Shown here: piece after piece, positions 50,366-62,625 of the stretch
Layout: every line of letters starts with the position of its first letter
How positions within the stretch are numbered: the first letter of the stretch is position 1
DNA from: Octopus sinensis
Taxonomy: Eukaryota
DNA: 64,000 bases
Assembly: GCF_006345805.1 (NCBI RefSeq)
Contig: NC_043009.1
Span: 29,574,001-29,638,000, forward strand
Reading direction: 5' to 3'
Program-made: the position numbers and the translations under genes
The notes under the pieces: generated by a model
The model's input: only the letters and a program-made list of their open reading frames with translations
Database searches by the model: none
What the model was told of the DNA's origin: nothing

Positions 50366-50605
50366 ACCTACTCATATATACACGTACACACTCCTGACAA
50401 CCAGTGTTGTGTTTACGACCCTGGAACTTAGCGTTTCGGCAAAGAACTTGGTAAAATAAGTAACCAATTAAAACAATTCTTTCGACTACAATTCTCCAAA
50501 ATGGTTCTCCGTGATGACAGTAGTCCGATGATTTGATAAGTAAAAAGTAAGACATATATATATATCAATATAAATGCATGTACATGCGTAAGTACGTATA
50601 CATAC

Positions 50606-50654
<49 letters not shown>

Positions 50655-50718
50655 CATACATACTTACATACATACATACATACATGTATACATACATATA
50701 TGTATGATTATACACACA

Positions 50719-50873
50719 CAAGGAGTTGCTAAAAAATTCCAGGCTTTGCGTAAAAGAAAATGCAGGCGGATCATTCCAGCGGTCCTTCAGTTTCCTAAGG
50801 AACTTGTAAGATTCACCCTCCAACCAGGCTTTTCGTGATAGTCTTGAAGCCAGGAGTTTTCAACACCCCCTCG
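50719..50873. mobile_element. Small mariner-type MITE
   Basis: Imperfect TIRs CAAGGAGTTGCTAAAAAATTCCAGGCTT versus reverse complement CGAGGGGGTGTTGAAAACTCCTGGCTT; TA on the right side only. Confidence 0.5.
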
Positions 50874-50949
50874 TATATATACATATGCTTGTGTGTCTGT
50901 ATGTGCACGTATGTATGTATGTATGTATATGTATATATATGTATGTATG

Positions 50950-51027
<78 letters not shown>

Positions 51028-51164
51028 TATATATATCTTATAAGCAAGGGCTAAAGAAAGTTTTCTAAAGCCAATATACTGAAATCCACGTTTAATCTAC
51101 TTGCTACAGAAAGTTGAACTGAAATGCGGGAAACTCTACCTTTGGAACATTTAAATTTCGTTAT

Positions 51165-51223
51165 CTTAATATTGAATCAATTTCGGAATCAACACTAAAA
51201 GTGTTCGTTCGTCTTCAGTTAAG
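51165..51223 (-). ncRNA. Type I hammerhead motif with a C-C mismatch at the base of helix II
   Basis: CTTAA-CTGAAGA-C GAA CG AACAC...GTGTT GA TTC C-GAAA-TTGA-T-TCAA-TA-TTAAG; helix I is 5 bp; AUA triplet, cleavage between 51170 and 51169. Confidence 0.6.
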
Positions 51224-51450
51224 CTTACGAGAGAATATAAGTGAGATACTCACACGTGCCTCTGGAAAACAGCGGAAGCGAATAACACAAGCACATCTGA
51301 GTAACCCCGTTATATGCAAAAATAAAAGTTCGTAGGTTAAGTCTCAGAACAACCTGTTGACTTGCCGCCGCTACATATTGTAGTGGTTACAAGTCCCCCT
51401 GCAGCAAGCAGTAATTAGTTTACTACTATTAAAAGGGATGTAGCCTTTTT

Positions 51451-51509
51451 CTTAACTGAAGACGAACGAACACTTATAGTGTTGATTCCGAAATTGATTC
51501 GATATCAAG
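51451..51509 (+). ncRNA. Second copy of the same hammerhead motif (extra mismatch in helix I)
   Basis: CTTAA-CTGAAGA...GAAA-TTGA-T-TCGA-TA-TCAAG. Confidence 0.5.
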
Positions 51510-51739
51510 ATAACGAAATTTAAATGTTCCAAAGGTAGAGTTGCCCGCATTTCAGTTCAACTTTCTGTAGCAAGTAGATTAAACGTGGATTTCAGTATAT
51601 TGGCTTTAGAAAACTTTCATTAGCCCTTGCTTATAAGATATTTATAATTTTAACCGTAAAGGTTCTTTTAATATACTGCCACAATTCCTGATGGAGTTTT
51701 TTTCTGTAGAGAAAAAGGCTACATCCCTTTTAATAGTAT

Positions 51740-52115
51740 ACTAGCAGTATCGTCCGGCGTTGCTCGGGTTTGTAAGGGAAATAACTATAAAGCATTTTTA
51801 GAGTTATAGCCAAAAAATAGCAAAAAAATGGAAAAAAAATTATGGTAAATTTTTTTAGAGTTAAAAAGGTCGAGTTGCGTCGCCTAGACAGTCTGTGGTT
51901 TGTCTTTCTGATTCTCGACCCCTTGTCGAATTTATCGATTTTTTTCAGAACTGGGGGGACTTTTCAAAATTTTCGCTGCGTTAGTTTTGAATTATGACAT
52001 TGGGCTATGTGTGTGTCAAGTTTCATCAGAATCGGTTGAAAGCCGTGGTCAGGGTGAGGGTACAACCTGACAGACACACAGACACACAGACAGACAAACT
52101 GCCGTTTATATAGAG

Positions 52116-52117
<2 letters not shown>
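51740..52117 (+). mobile_element. Helentron-associated (HINE/DINE-1-like) element
   Basis: Starts actagcagtatcgtccggcgttgctcggg; ends aagtttcatcagaatcggttga...(GACA)n...tttatatagagat, the typical DINE-1/HINE layout. Confidence 0.75.
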
Positions 52118-52151
<34 letters not shown>

Positions 52152-52323
52152 ACATTGGTATCTATGCAACAGGAAAAATAGAACTGAAATATGAGTAAAT
52201 GTATATCTTTATTAATATTTAGCAGAAGGAACTGCTGGCTCAATGTCCATGAGTTTGATACGTACCATCGCATAAAACTTTCGGAATTTGAGTGGCTGTT
52301 TAAGTTCTGTTAAATATTAATAA

Positions 52324-52379
<56 letters not shown>

Positions 52380-52556
52380 CTCCCTAATATTATTATTATA
52401 ATATATATATTCACGCACTATACTTGATAAATCCCATTGGACTAGACAACTCTACAAAAAGTAAATCTTACTTGTATAAATACAACTAGATATGCACATG
52501 TAAACACACGCATATATATATGTGTGTGTATGCATATATATATACATACGGACATA

Positions 52557-52645
<89 letters not shown>

Positions 52646-53685
52646 ATATATATACGTATATATAAATTCATACAACATGAGTACGTAGATAATTACTTCG
52701 GTAGGAAAATTGAAAAAGATAAAAATGTCTTGATGACTTCCTAATTCTTAGAATACACTCACACGTTGCCGATACGATAGTTATATGGCTTTTTCATTCT
52801 GCATAACCTTTCAGTTTAAGATCGACTTTTAGATTTCCTGCCATACTTAACCATATATTTCAGAATCTCAAGAGGCTCCGTTCCATTATAGAAAAATATG
52901 AAAAACATTATTTTTATTTACGTATGCTTTACGTGTTTTTCTTGTTTTCTATGTCTTCGGTAAAATGTTTTCTTGGTTCTATGCGGCCACTGTTTTGTTA
53001 AATGATATTTTACCTTATCATTGTCGATTTGCTTGTATCCAATCAGAATTCTAATGGCCTTCTCCCACTAGAATATAGTTTGAGCTTCAAGAGGGGGAAA
53101 AATCTGTCTTGCAGTATTAACCATCATCCTAATATAAACCTTTTAAATATTTTTTTCCCCTTTTCCTCTATTTTTATCTCTCTGTTTTGCTATTGTGCTC
53201 TCTGTCTTTTTATCACCCGTTCACTGCTTTGCTTTCTCGCTTGCTATTCTTCTGTTGGTCAACTATTCATAGAAACAATGCAATAATCTTCGACAATGAA
53301 AAATATAGTCGTGAAAATATCTTTGTGCTATTTTTATGTAGTAAGAAAGACAAGAAGTAGACGGCTGAATATAAAGAAACATGAAACTAGTAAAAGAATA
53401 GGGGGAAAACTATTGTTACAGTTTAGCAGGAAGGTATAAATGTTACTTTTTAGGCCGACCACTCATAGATTCTCAACTAATGTTGGTCAACGAAAATTTT
53501 GAAGCAAAGAGACAGGGATTTCTTGTGGTAATTTTTGTACCTATACAAAATGATTTTTGTGTTACTTTTAATTTTCATAATGTTGTTGGTGGGATTAGAA
53601 ATCATTTTACCTTGTGCGGAAGAGGAGATAGTTTCAGTAACTCAACAATTTACCTTATAATGATATTTAACATTACTCTTTCCGT

Positions 53686-54115
53686 AAGGCGGTGAGCTGG
53701 AAGAATAGATAGCAGCCCGGATAAAATGTTTAGCAGAATTTTGTCCGTATTTACATTCTGAGTTCACATTCTACAGAGGTCGAATTTGTTTTTCATACTT
53801 TCGGGTTCGATAAAATAAGTACCAGTTGGTGACGCGAATCGATGTAATCCATTTATCTCTCCTGAAATTTCCGGCCTTGTGCCAAAATTTCGAAACAATA
53901 TTACTTTACTCGCTAAGGTGGCGAGCAGGCAGAATCATTAGCATACTGGAGAACATAGTTTGCGGAATTTGGTCAAGTGTTTACGATCTGATTTCAAATT
54001 ACGCCGAGGTCGACTTTCGGGGCCGATTAAATAATTACCATTTGATCACTGAGCTTTATGTAATTGAATTACCCCTCCCCTGAACATGCTAATACTGTGC
54101 AAAATTTGAAATCAG
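53686..54115 (+). mobile_element. Two tandem SINE family C copies
   Basis: Heads aaggcggtgagctggaagaat (53686) and aaggtggcgagcaggcagaatc (53915). Confidence 0.75.
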
Positions 54116-54279
54116 TATTTCTTTATCCGTCTCTGTTGTTCAAACGCAGGCCAGCAGTTAACTGTCTCATATCATTTTCTTTTATTTAAATGTATCCTGC
54201 AGAACAAGAGTGTATTTCAGTGAATGCCTACAAAACGAATATAATGTCCCAGACAGAATGAGAATAGCTAACTAGGTGT

Positions 54280-54760
54280 TCCGTATCCACACTTAATTGC
54301 TTCTGGATCAAGAGGGTGATTGCTGGAAGACCGTATGTCTGGCAACAGGACTCTGCACCATGCCACACAAGCAGGAGAGCCCAGTTATGGCTGTCAGGCA
54401 ATTTTTGCGACCACATCACCCCTAACCTCTGGACACCTAACTCCCCACGCTGCAACCCCACCTTGATTATTATGTGTGGGGCGCCGTTGAGCGAGAGACG
54501 AACAAAACTACTTTTAACACCAAAGATGAACTGAAGGCAAGGATTATGGCAGCATTCACCAACTTAAACAAGAAGACCGTTCAGAATAGCTGCAGGAAAT
54601 CTCGAAGTTGTCTCTAAGTCATGGAGATTTTATTGATTAAATTTACTCTATTTCAAGATATTTTTATGTAATTTTGGTAAATTTATATGTTGAAATGAGA
54701 CGTCAGTGTTATTTTCATTTTTGTGTAATTTAAACGACAATATATTCACAGCACGTTGTA
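54280..54760 (+). mobile_element. maT/Bmmar1-like (DD37D-type) transposase 3' relic
   Basis: IAGRPYVWQQDSAPCHTSRRAQLWL...LWTPNSPRCNP / LDYYVWGAVERETNKT...KDELKARI (QQD-x-AP-x-H...WPPxSPDLNPLDYxVW). Confidence 0.85.
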
Positions 54761-55757
54761 CATACATAGATCCATACATATATTATGTTATTTTGTAGTA
54801 AAGTTTATATTACCATATTAAATTCGTGTACTCAAGCTACCGTTAAGCTTAGCACCGAAATAAACTCATGTTGGTTTATGAAAAACTATTTATTATTATA
54901 CATAGCTCCGTTTCAAAGTTTTATGTGTTACTTTCAGGTTATATAGTGTACTCTGATGACAAGCATTTAGTTTTACGACCCAAGAATTCGTTTACTAATT
55001 TCACACCATTTCAGATTAATTAACGTTGTATCAAAGTTTCTGTAAGATATGCGACTATATAAACAATTATAATTAGAAAATTTATTTTAATATATATATA
55101 TCACGTTTGATTTTTTCTTATTTCCGTTCTTTCAATTATATTTTATTGTGTTAACATTTTAGATTCTTCTCTTGGGCGCTTTTATAGATGTTTACACAGT
55201 CGAATATATACTACACTGTTTCATTTGAAGAAATTTATTGTCACATTGCTCCTATTCTGTATTCGACACCAAAATGTCCCTCTTTTGTGTTTATTCTTAT
55301 TAGACGGAATTAGTCACCAATATTGATATAAAATTTTTACATGTCAAATTTCTGCGATCGTATGTCTTGGTCTTCTGTTCAAGACCTACGAATCTTTAAA
55401 ACTTGCTGAAAAAGTAATAGATTTAAAATGTATTTTTCTCCATGTATGTCTATCAAAAGCAATATTCTCTCAAGCGTAAACAAGCACACACAACACACAT
55501 ATCCTGCACACATACCCGTATATAAATAAATAATAAATATCTACTTGTAACCTATTAAACTATAAAACCCAAACAAACTCGAGCAATAATACGAATCTAC
55601 TTTGCAGTTTTCTTCTTGAATATATAAGGATGCACACGGAGCCCTCACTGCTGGTTATTGGCCACCAGAGGCCAAATTTAATCAAACTATGTAACACATA
55701 AATACATACATACATAACAAACACATACACACGTACATACAAGCATTCATATATACT

Positions 55758-55945
55758 CTTTTACTTGCTTAAGTCATTTGACTGCGGTCATAATGAAGCA
55801 CCGCATTCAGTTGAACAAATCGACCCATGGGCTTATTCTTTGTGAACCCAGTACTTATTTTATCGGTTTATTTTCTCGAACTGATAGGTTACAGGGACGT
55901 AAATACACCAACATCAGTTGTCAAGCGATGATTGAAGGACAAATA
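55758..55945 (+). mobile_element. SINE-like family B
   Basis: tttacttgcttaagtcatttgactgcggtcat...gtcaagcgatg...ggacaaatac. Confidence 0.8.
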
Positions 55946-56613
55946 CAGACATACATACACACATATAATATATGTATGCTATGAAGATATAGAGGGTAGA
56001 TAATTTAGAGAATTGTTCTACCAGTGGTCAGCATGCGAAACAGAGTCAATAGACAACATATTTTTCATATAAATTAGAGTACATTTCTGTATACAATATT
56101 TCAAATTAAAATTTTTCGTAATTTTGAAGAACGTTGGTACGTAATATTTATTTGCTGGCGATTGTAGCTGCGCTTGCGCGGTGGATTTGAAAAATTATAA
56201 TGTATATAGATGGAACATGTGTGACTTCAGTGTTCCACAAATATACATGAATTATAGCGCCCATACTGGTGAGACACGAATGGAAATTATTTTATTTGTT
56301 CATTGATGTCAAAAATCGAGTACATGTGGTACTCTCTTCTCGGCTATCCCTGCACACTATGTTCTTAGACACCATATGCTTATATACCTTACCTTATCCT
56401 AAAGCCAATCCGTCAATTCCCTCATCACTCTACCTCTCTATCTATTTACTTTTCTTTCCTTAGGATTCCACCTAAGGACTAATGCACTTATTTCTACATC
56501 AGAGAGTTGAACTATGAACTTTTATGCTTCTTGTTTCTTCTCTCTCTTCATCTCCTTATATATTTACTCTACGTGATTATTTCATTAATCTATAGCCTTC
56601 TCATTGTCCCTAT

Positions 56614-56673
56614 TTGTCGCTGATGACGGAATATACCATACTCTGGGATATCCTAGAAACAGCTGTAAGATAT
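56614..56673 (+). ncRNA. Decayed minimal hammerhead motif in a Penelope-like relic
   Basis: TTGTCG-CTGATGA(56620-26)-helix II GGA(A)TAT..CC/GG..ATATCC-GAAAC(56656-60)-AGCT-GTA-AGATAT; the base of helix II and pair 1.1/2.1 are broken. Confidence 0.5.
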
Positions 56674-57492
56674 TGACATTTTTTCCAATAATAATCATCT
56701 ATGTGACTTGAGATGTTTGCCTTGCCTTAACGGTTGTTGTCCTCTTTAACAATTATATATCCGCTATATCGGAAATCTACAATGGCCCCATAACTACCGT
56801 CTCGGCAACAACTTTGAAGCCCTAGTAATCCGTTACAGCACTCACCTAACGCACCTAATCGTTCAGATCACCTGTGAACTAAACCCCCATGCTTTGCATA
56901 TATACATACATACTCACACACACAGACACACATACACACACACAGACACACACATACACACACACACACACACACAAGCACACACATATGTATATATAGT
57001 CAAAGATTTTGACATCTGACCTCACAATTTTAATCAATGTTTTGCGCATTTTCTCTGTATTTCTGTTTAATGATTATCTTCCGTTTTCATCGCACACACC
57101 GTATCTTTGCACACGTCACACGTAATGAATCCGTAGCTATACGTCTTATTATACAAATGTGTTTGGGTTTACATACATACACACCTACACATACAGTTAT
57201 ACATTCATACATACATACGCATGTAACTATATATGTACACACGCACACTGACACATGCGCACATGCACACACACATATTTAAATACAAATATACATACAT
57301 AGATTTATATATATTGTATGTATGGATTTAGACGTAAATATACTGTTGTCTTCAAACACATGCACACACACACACACACACATATACACGTTACAACCAT
57401 GAACTCAACAGGCAAGCAGGATAAAGAATAAAAGACAGAAACACAGAAAAAGCATTAGATGGAGTGATACAGCGATATTCAGTTAGTTATTT

Positions 57493-57564
57493 AGATAGAT
57501 AGATAGATAGATAGGTAGATAGATAGCTAGATATATAGATAGATAGACAGACAGGCAGACACAC

Positions 57565-57627
<63 letters not shown>

Positions 57628-57640
57628 AAGAAAGAAAGAA
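57493..57640. repeat. (GATA)n microsatellite
   Basis: Directly visible. Confidence 0.95.
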
Positions 57641-58158
57641 AAGAAAAATGTATGTTACGTGTATTTATGCTTATATTTCATTATATATATTTTCAGACAG
57701 GTTTTTTAATGCTGTCATTATTTTTCCTATCAATTTACTTTCTACATTATTCATTGTCAATAGAAAAACAAATTTATTGAATTAAAACTTCAATCAATTG
57801 AAAATAACAAGATGTTATGTCTCAGGTGTTAAATGGTATTTATTTGATTATTTTGTAAAGATCTGTCTCATAATTTTTAATTAAAGATGTTTTATTTGCC
57901 GACATAAAATACACTTTTGTTATTCAATTACAACCTTTAATCAGAGTATTAAACATGCCTGTGAATAGTAACAATGTTTAAGGTGTCTGTGCACATAAGT
58001 AAAATCATTGATTACTGTAAATAAATGTGATGTGCAGGAGTATGTGTTAGTGTGTAATATATCAATTTATACATCAATATTTTCATCTTTTGACATTGGA
58101 AACTGAGAGAGCAGTTAAAAATTCGATTGCTTTGCTTAAATGTTTGCAAATCTTTCAG

Positions 58159-58225
58159 AGACTTGCACGAAAGGAAATCACGTAGGTATTTAGAACTACA
58201 AAAAACAAAGAAGAAGAAAAAGAAG
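58159..58225 (+). other. Candidate 67-nt internal exon (unassigned)
   Basis: Acceptor tgtttgcaaatctttcag|, donor AAG|gtaaac, one open frame (DLHERKSRRYLELQKTKKKKKK). Confidence 0.2.
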
Positions 58226-58926
58226 GTAAACCGAGTGATGTCTTCCGTTTGCAAAAATGCTGGTAGATTAAATGACAAAACTTATTGTTGGTCAACTTTT
58301 TGGAATTACTCTGAAATATTTATGAATCAAGTCAATCGTTGCTTCTGTAAAAAGTAGACACTAACTAATCATTTATTACAAATAGTACTCCAGTAATACT
58401 GTCTTTAAAACTGTGACATTTTGAAGAAGTAAGATAGGCTTGTAACGCTCTTGTAGCTCATAACTAATTCAAACAAGTATTGAAAAATTTCAAATACTTG
58501 ATGTTATGATGTAGTTTAATAATACATTAACAGGATTCAGCTGTATATAAGAATAAATATTTCATTGTAATAGATAGATTGAAGACGTAGATGTGAGTAT
58601 GAAAAGCAACACTGCTTCGTAACAACGAGATTTCGTGTTCCATGCGATTGCTCTATATCTGGGTCAGGTGTGTTCTTAATTATTTGAGAATATATAGCCC
58701 TGTGAAAGAAAATTAGATGGACGAAGACTTTGTAAAACCTCACATAGAAATCCCACTCATATATTTAGAACGTTCATTTTTAAATGTATAGGAAAGATGT
58801 TTCTGTGTCTAGCTGACGATGAAGAACATCCAATGCATCCGATGTGTAGTAGTTACAGAGGAACTTTGCCCAGAATGAAGCCTAGCTCAAAATTTCATTC
58901 TTAGAGAAGAATGTCTGATGACTCTA

Positions 58927-59130
58927 AGACTGGCAGAATCGTTAGCACGCCGAAGGAAGTGCTTAGCTGCATTTCGTCCGTATTTACATTCTGAGTTCAA
59001 ATTCCGCCAAGCTAGACTTAGACTTTCATCATTTTGTGGTCAATAAAATGAATACCAACTAAATATTGGGGGCCAAGTAATCGACTCTCTCCCAGCCTCC
59101 AAATTGCCGGCCTTGAGCCAGAATTTGAAG
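58927..59130 (+). mobile_element. SINE family C
   Basis: gactggcagaatcgttagcacgccg...ctgagttcaaattccgcc. Confidence 0.8.
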
Positions 59131-60979
59131 CAAATTATTCAGATGGCTGCTACAAGAATACAATTCTTGAATTTTCTGGAGAATTTGATGTACAACTATT
59201 CTCCCAATTCAAGACCTCTGCGCAGCTCCATGTCACGTTAAAACCAATGAATATATTTGAAATACTGGAAGTTCGAAACTGATGAGAGTAGGTCAAATTG
59301 TCAGAAGGGTTTGTATTGCAAATGTTGGGTTTTTACTAACATTACTGTCACATTTAATTATATGAAATTCTTGTCAATCATACTTCTTAAATTTAAAATT
59401 GTTTATTTCCTCAAATTACCTAAGCTTCACGCTCTCTGCATCAAAAACAGATATTCTATAAAACTTTTTTGACTCATTGAAGATGTTCTGGGAAGAGAAA
59501 CGTATGAAGTATTTTAAACAAACATATTTAGATCATAATCAAAAATAAAAAACTTCAAAATGTTAATGTTTGTCCGGCTTGTTTCACTGGTTTTCTCTGT
59601 ATATATTCATCTTTGATATCATCTAAACTTTCTCTTTTAATTGTGTTTGTACACAACAAAGTAACAGATTCCTGTGCGTATATATGATATGAGACACAAA
59701 TAAAAAATTCATCAAAGCATTTAATGAATGTACTCAATCTTATTTACACTAGTGTAGTAATTCTACTACACACGTACCTACACACACCAGCACACATATA
59801 TATGTATGTGTATAGGTTAGGCATATATACATTCACACACACATATATATACATACACGTACACACGCACACACATACACACACAAACATACATACATAT
59901 ATATATATAACATACATATACATATTGTGTATGTAGGCATATATGTATATGAATAAATACAGATATTTCTGTACATAAGAACATAGAAAAAATAATAATA
60001 TAGATAGAGATATGCTTTGGATTTAAAGAATATTAAACATTTTATCTGTAACTCGTGAATGACTAAGCTTTAGATGCAAAGAAGGTTGTTTTTTCAGTGT
60101 TTGAAGACTTATAAACTACTGGCTGGAAATTATAGTTCTAAACATATGTTTCGAATACACATAAAAGTCTTTGATAGCAGACTTAAACCTCTAATTTGAT
60201 TAAGATTATTTTCTAGATTTTCTAAATCTCACATAAATCATGGCAAACAAAATTAAAACGTAATTGAGCTGCCGTAGTTCTAGTATTAAAAGAAGTTCTT
60301 GAAAACTTTTCGCATTTCTTAAAGAAATTAGTCTCTTCACTCTTTCTCTTCCCCTCTCTCTCTTTCATACATACAATGCAGAGTTCAGACGTAAAAAAGT
60401 AAATGATGAAAATTATTGCAATGCGTCGAATTAGCAATTTTACTTTTTAAAACCTAGAATCATATTATACATGATGTTAATGTGAATAAGATTTAACAGT
60501 TTAATAAGTTCTGAGAAATTTTAAACAATTTCTTTTTTACATTACATTTATTTTATACACAAGAACTACGAACATATGTTTCGGAGAGGAACATATAATA
60601 TGGAGCTAATTCAAATATATTACTGCGGCCAGCTTTATTAAATCTTTTACAACTAGATTTGAACTAAAAAATTTAAATCATTTGCTAGCAATTTAAATCA
60701 TTTGCGGTCTTTCATTAATGTATCTCTTATGTTACAAATTATAATGGTATGTGTTTTGCTTGAGAGTCATATGTAAGGTTGATTACTCTTTCACTTTTTA
60801 AAATGTAAAAATATAAAATAACAATATGGACTTATATTTGTAATGAGAGTGAAAAAATTAGATGACCTATGTACAACAGTTAAACACAGCTGGGAACGGC
60901 TAAAATCTCAGTATGTTTTAGTCAGAAGATACAATCTACAGCCTCGACATTGTTAGATAAAATTTATTCCATTTTCTTT

Positions 60980-61160
60980 TTTCAGTCGTTATATTGCGGC
61001 CATGCTGGGGCACTACCTTGAAGAATGTTAGCCGAACTAATGAACTTATTTTGTTTTTCTAAATACTGGTAATAATTCTAGATAATTATTTTGCCGAACC
61101 ACTGTTACGGGGGACATAAACACACCAACATCGGTTGTCAAGCGGTGGTGGGGGACAATC
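60980..61160 (+). mobile_element. SINE-like family B
   Basis: ttcagtcgttatattgcggccatgctgggg...gccgaacc...catcggttgtcaagcggtggtgggggacaa. Confidence 0.8.
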
Positions 61161-61208
61161 ACAGAAAGAAATACACGCGCGCACTGAACCTTCTCCTACT
61201 ATATACAA

Positions 61209-61362
61209 CAGGCTTCTTTCAGTTTCCGTCTACCAAATCCACTTACAATGCTTTGGTCTATCCGAGGCTATAGCAGAAGAAAATTGCTCAAGATGCTACG
61301 CAGTGGGATCGAAACCGGAAACATGTGGTTGAGAATCAACTTTCTTATCACACAGTCAAGCC
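61209..61362 (-). mobile_element. SINE family A
   Basis: ggcttctttcagtttccgtctaccaaatccac... is the reverse complement of the family A 3' end. Confidence 0.8.
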
Positions 61363-61439
61363 AGCTACGTTAACGATACATTTATAATATCTAACAAGAA
61401 GCGAAATTGAATAGAAACTCAATCAGACTCTGTAGTCTA

Positions 61440-61842
61440 GTAGTTAAATCAGCGACACTACCTATTAACTGTATCACAATGCAAGTGGCTGAGAATTCCG
61501 CAGAGACGTGAACCTTTAATGCAATATTGGTTACAAATTTTGGTACAACCCAGCAGGTTAGTTGTTTGCTCCTTCTCGAGCCATGCCTGGTTTCCTTGGG
61601 ATATAGGTTCCCCACCTGGACGGGACGCCGGTCTGTCGCAGGTGAACTGCAAGATGCAGGAGAAAAGAGTGAGAGAAAGTTGTGGCGAAAGAGTCAGCAG
61701 AAGTTCGTCATTACCTTCTGCCGGAGCCGCGTGGAGCTTAGGTGTTTCGCTCATAAATACACACATCGCCCGGTCTGAGATTCGAACCTGCGATTCCTCG
61801 ACCTCGAGTCCGCTGCTCAAGCTACTAGGCCATGTGACTCCA
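61440..61842 (-). mobile_element. SINE family D head with a different 3' tail, followed by a family D tail fragment
   Basis: Reverse complement shares ~190 bp with 13949-14140, then has cctgcgacagaccggcgtcccgtccagg...aaacaac, then cacgtctctgcggaattctcagccacttgca matching ~14215-14247. Confidence 0.75.
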
Positions 61843-61867
61843 CTGCAGGTTAGTAGGACGTGGTTAG

Positions 61868-62030
61868 TTGGTTACATCAAGCCAAGTACTCAACAGATAC
61901 TTATTTTATCGACTCCGAAAAATATATAAGGCAAAGTCGAGCTCAGCGGAATTTGAAATCAGAACGTGAAGACGGACGAAACTTTGCAAAGCATTTTACT
62001 CGGCGTGCCAAAGATTCTGCCAGCTCGCCG
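61868..62030 (-). mobile_element. SINE family C
   Basis: Reverse complement begins cggcgagctggcagaatctttggcacgccg. Confidence 0.8.
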
Positions 62031-62279
62031 GCTCACCGTGTGATGAAACAGTCAAATGGAAACGATTTACCAATTCTCATTTTTACAGAATCATGGAATG
62101 AAGCACATAAATATTATAGCTCCTTTTGGATACATCAGTATTTGAAGAACCATTGCCTATTTCAGTGACATTAGCTGTGAAGAGCGTATGATCCTAGCCT
62201 CTGTAGCAGTCGGTCAGTTCAACATTAACTGTGAGGTGTTAACTGGATTCTAATGTACAGGGAAATAAAATACGTAAGG

Positions 62280-62625
62280 ATGATGATGGTGGTGAGCTTG
62301 ATGTAGATTATGGTAATGGTAATGGTATTGATGGTGACGATATTGCTCTTGTTAACGGGTGGTGAAGACGATAATAATGGTCATGGGATTGGGAATATGG
62401 TAATGCGGATACTGATGCTGATGATACTGCTGCTTATGTGACATTGACTGTACTAGAGATGACAGTTATAAATGTGGTGGTGATGACGACGGCGACGACG
62501 GCGACGATCTTGATGACGATGACAACGACGATATTGATGGTATTGATGATGAAGATAATAACAATGAAGATGGTGATCAGGATGATGATGAGAACAACAA
62601 CAACGATGACGATGTCGATGACTAA
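62280..62625. repeat. Degenerate (GAT/GAC/GGT)n tract
   Basis: Directly visible; it explains ORF 62438..62731. Confidence 0.85.

Larger units (their letters stand above)
51033..51738. mobile_element. Inverted, circularly permuted ~488-bp HHR unit (two divergent partial copies)
   Basis: 191-bp inverted arms 51033-51223 and 51451-51641 (5 mismatches), plus a perfect 28-bp inverted repeat at 51424-51451 and 51711-51738. Confidence 0.8.

Noticed and set aside
51424-51738. Reading the 28-bp inverted repeats as MITE TIRs
   Set aside because: They are explained by two divergent copies of one circularly permuted unit; no TSD.
53014-53067. 54-nt minus-strand open exon candidate (WEKAIRILIGYKQIDNDK)
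   Set aside because: Weak acceptor and no homology recognised.
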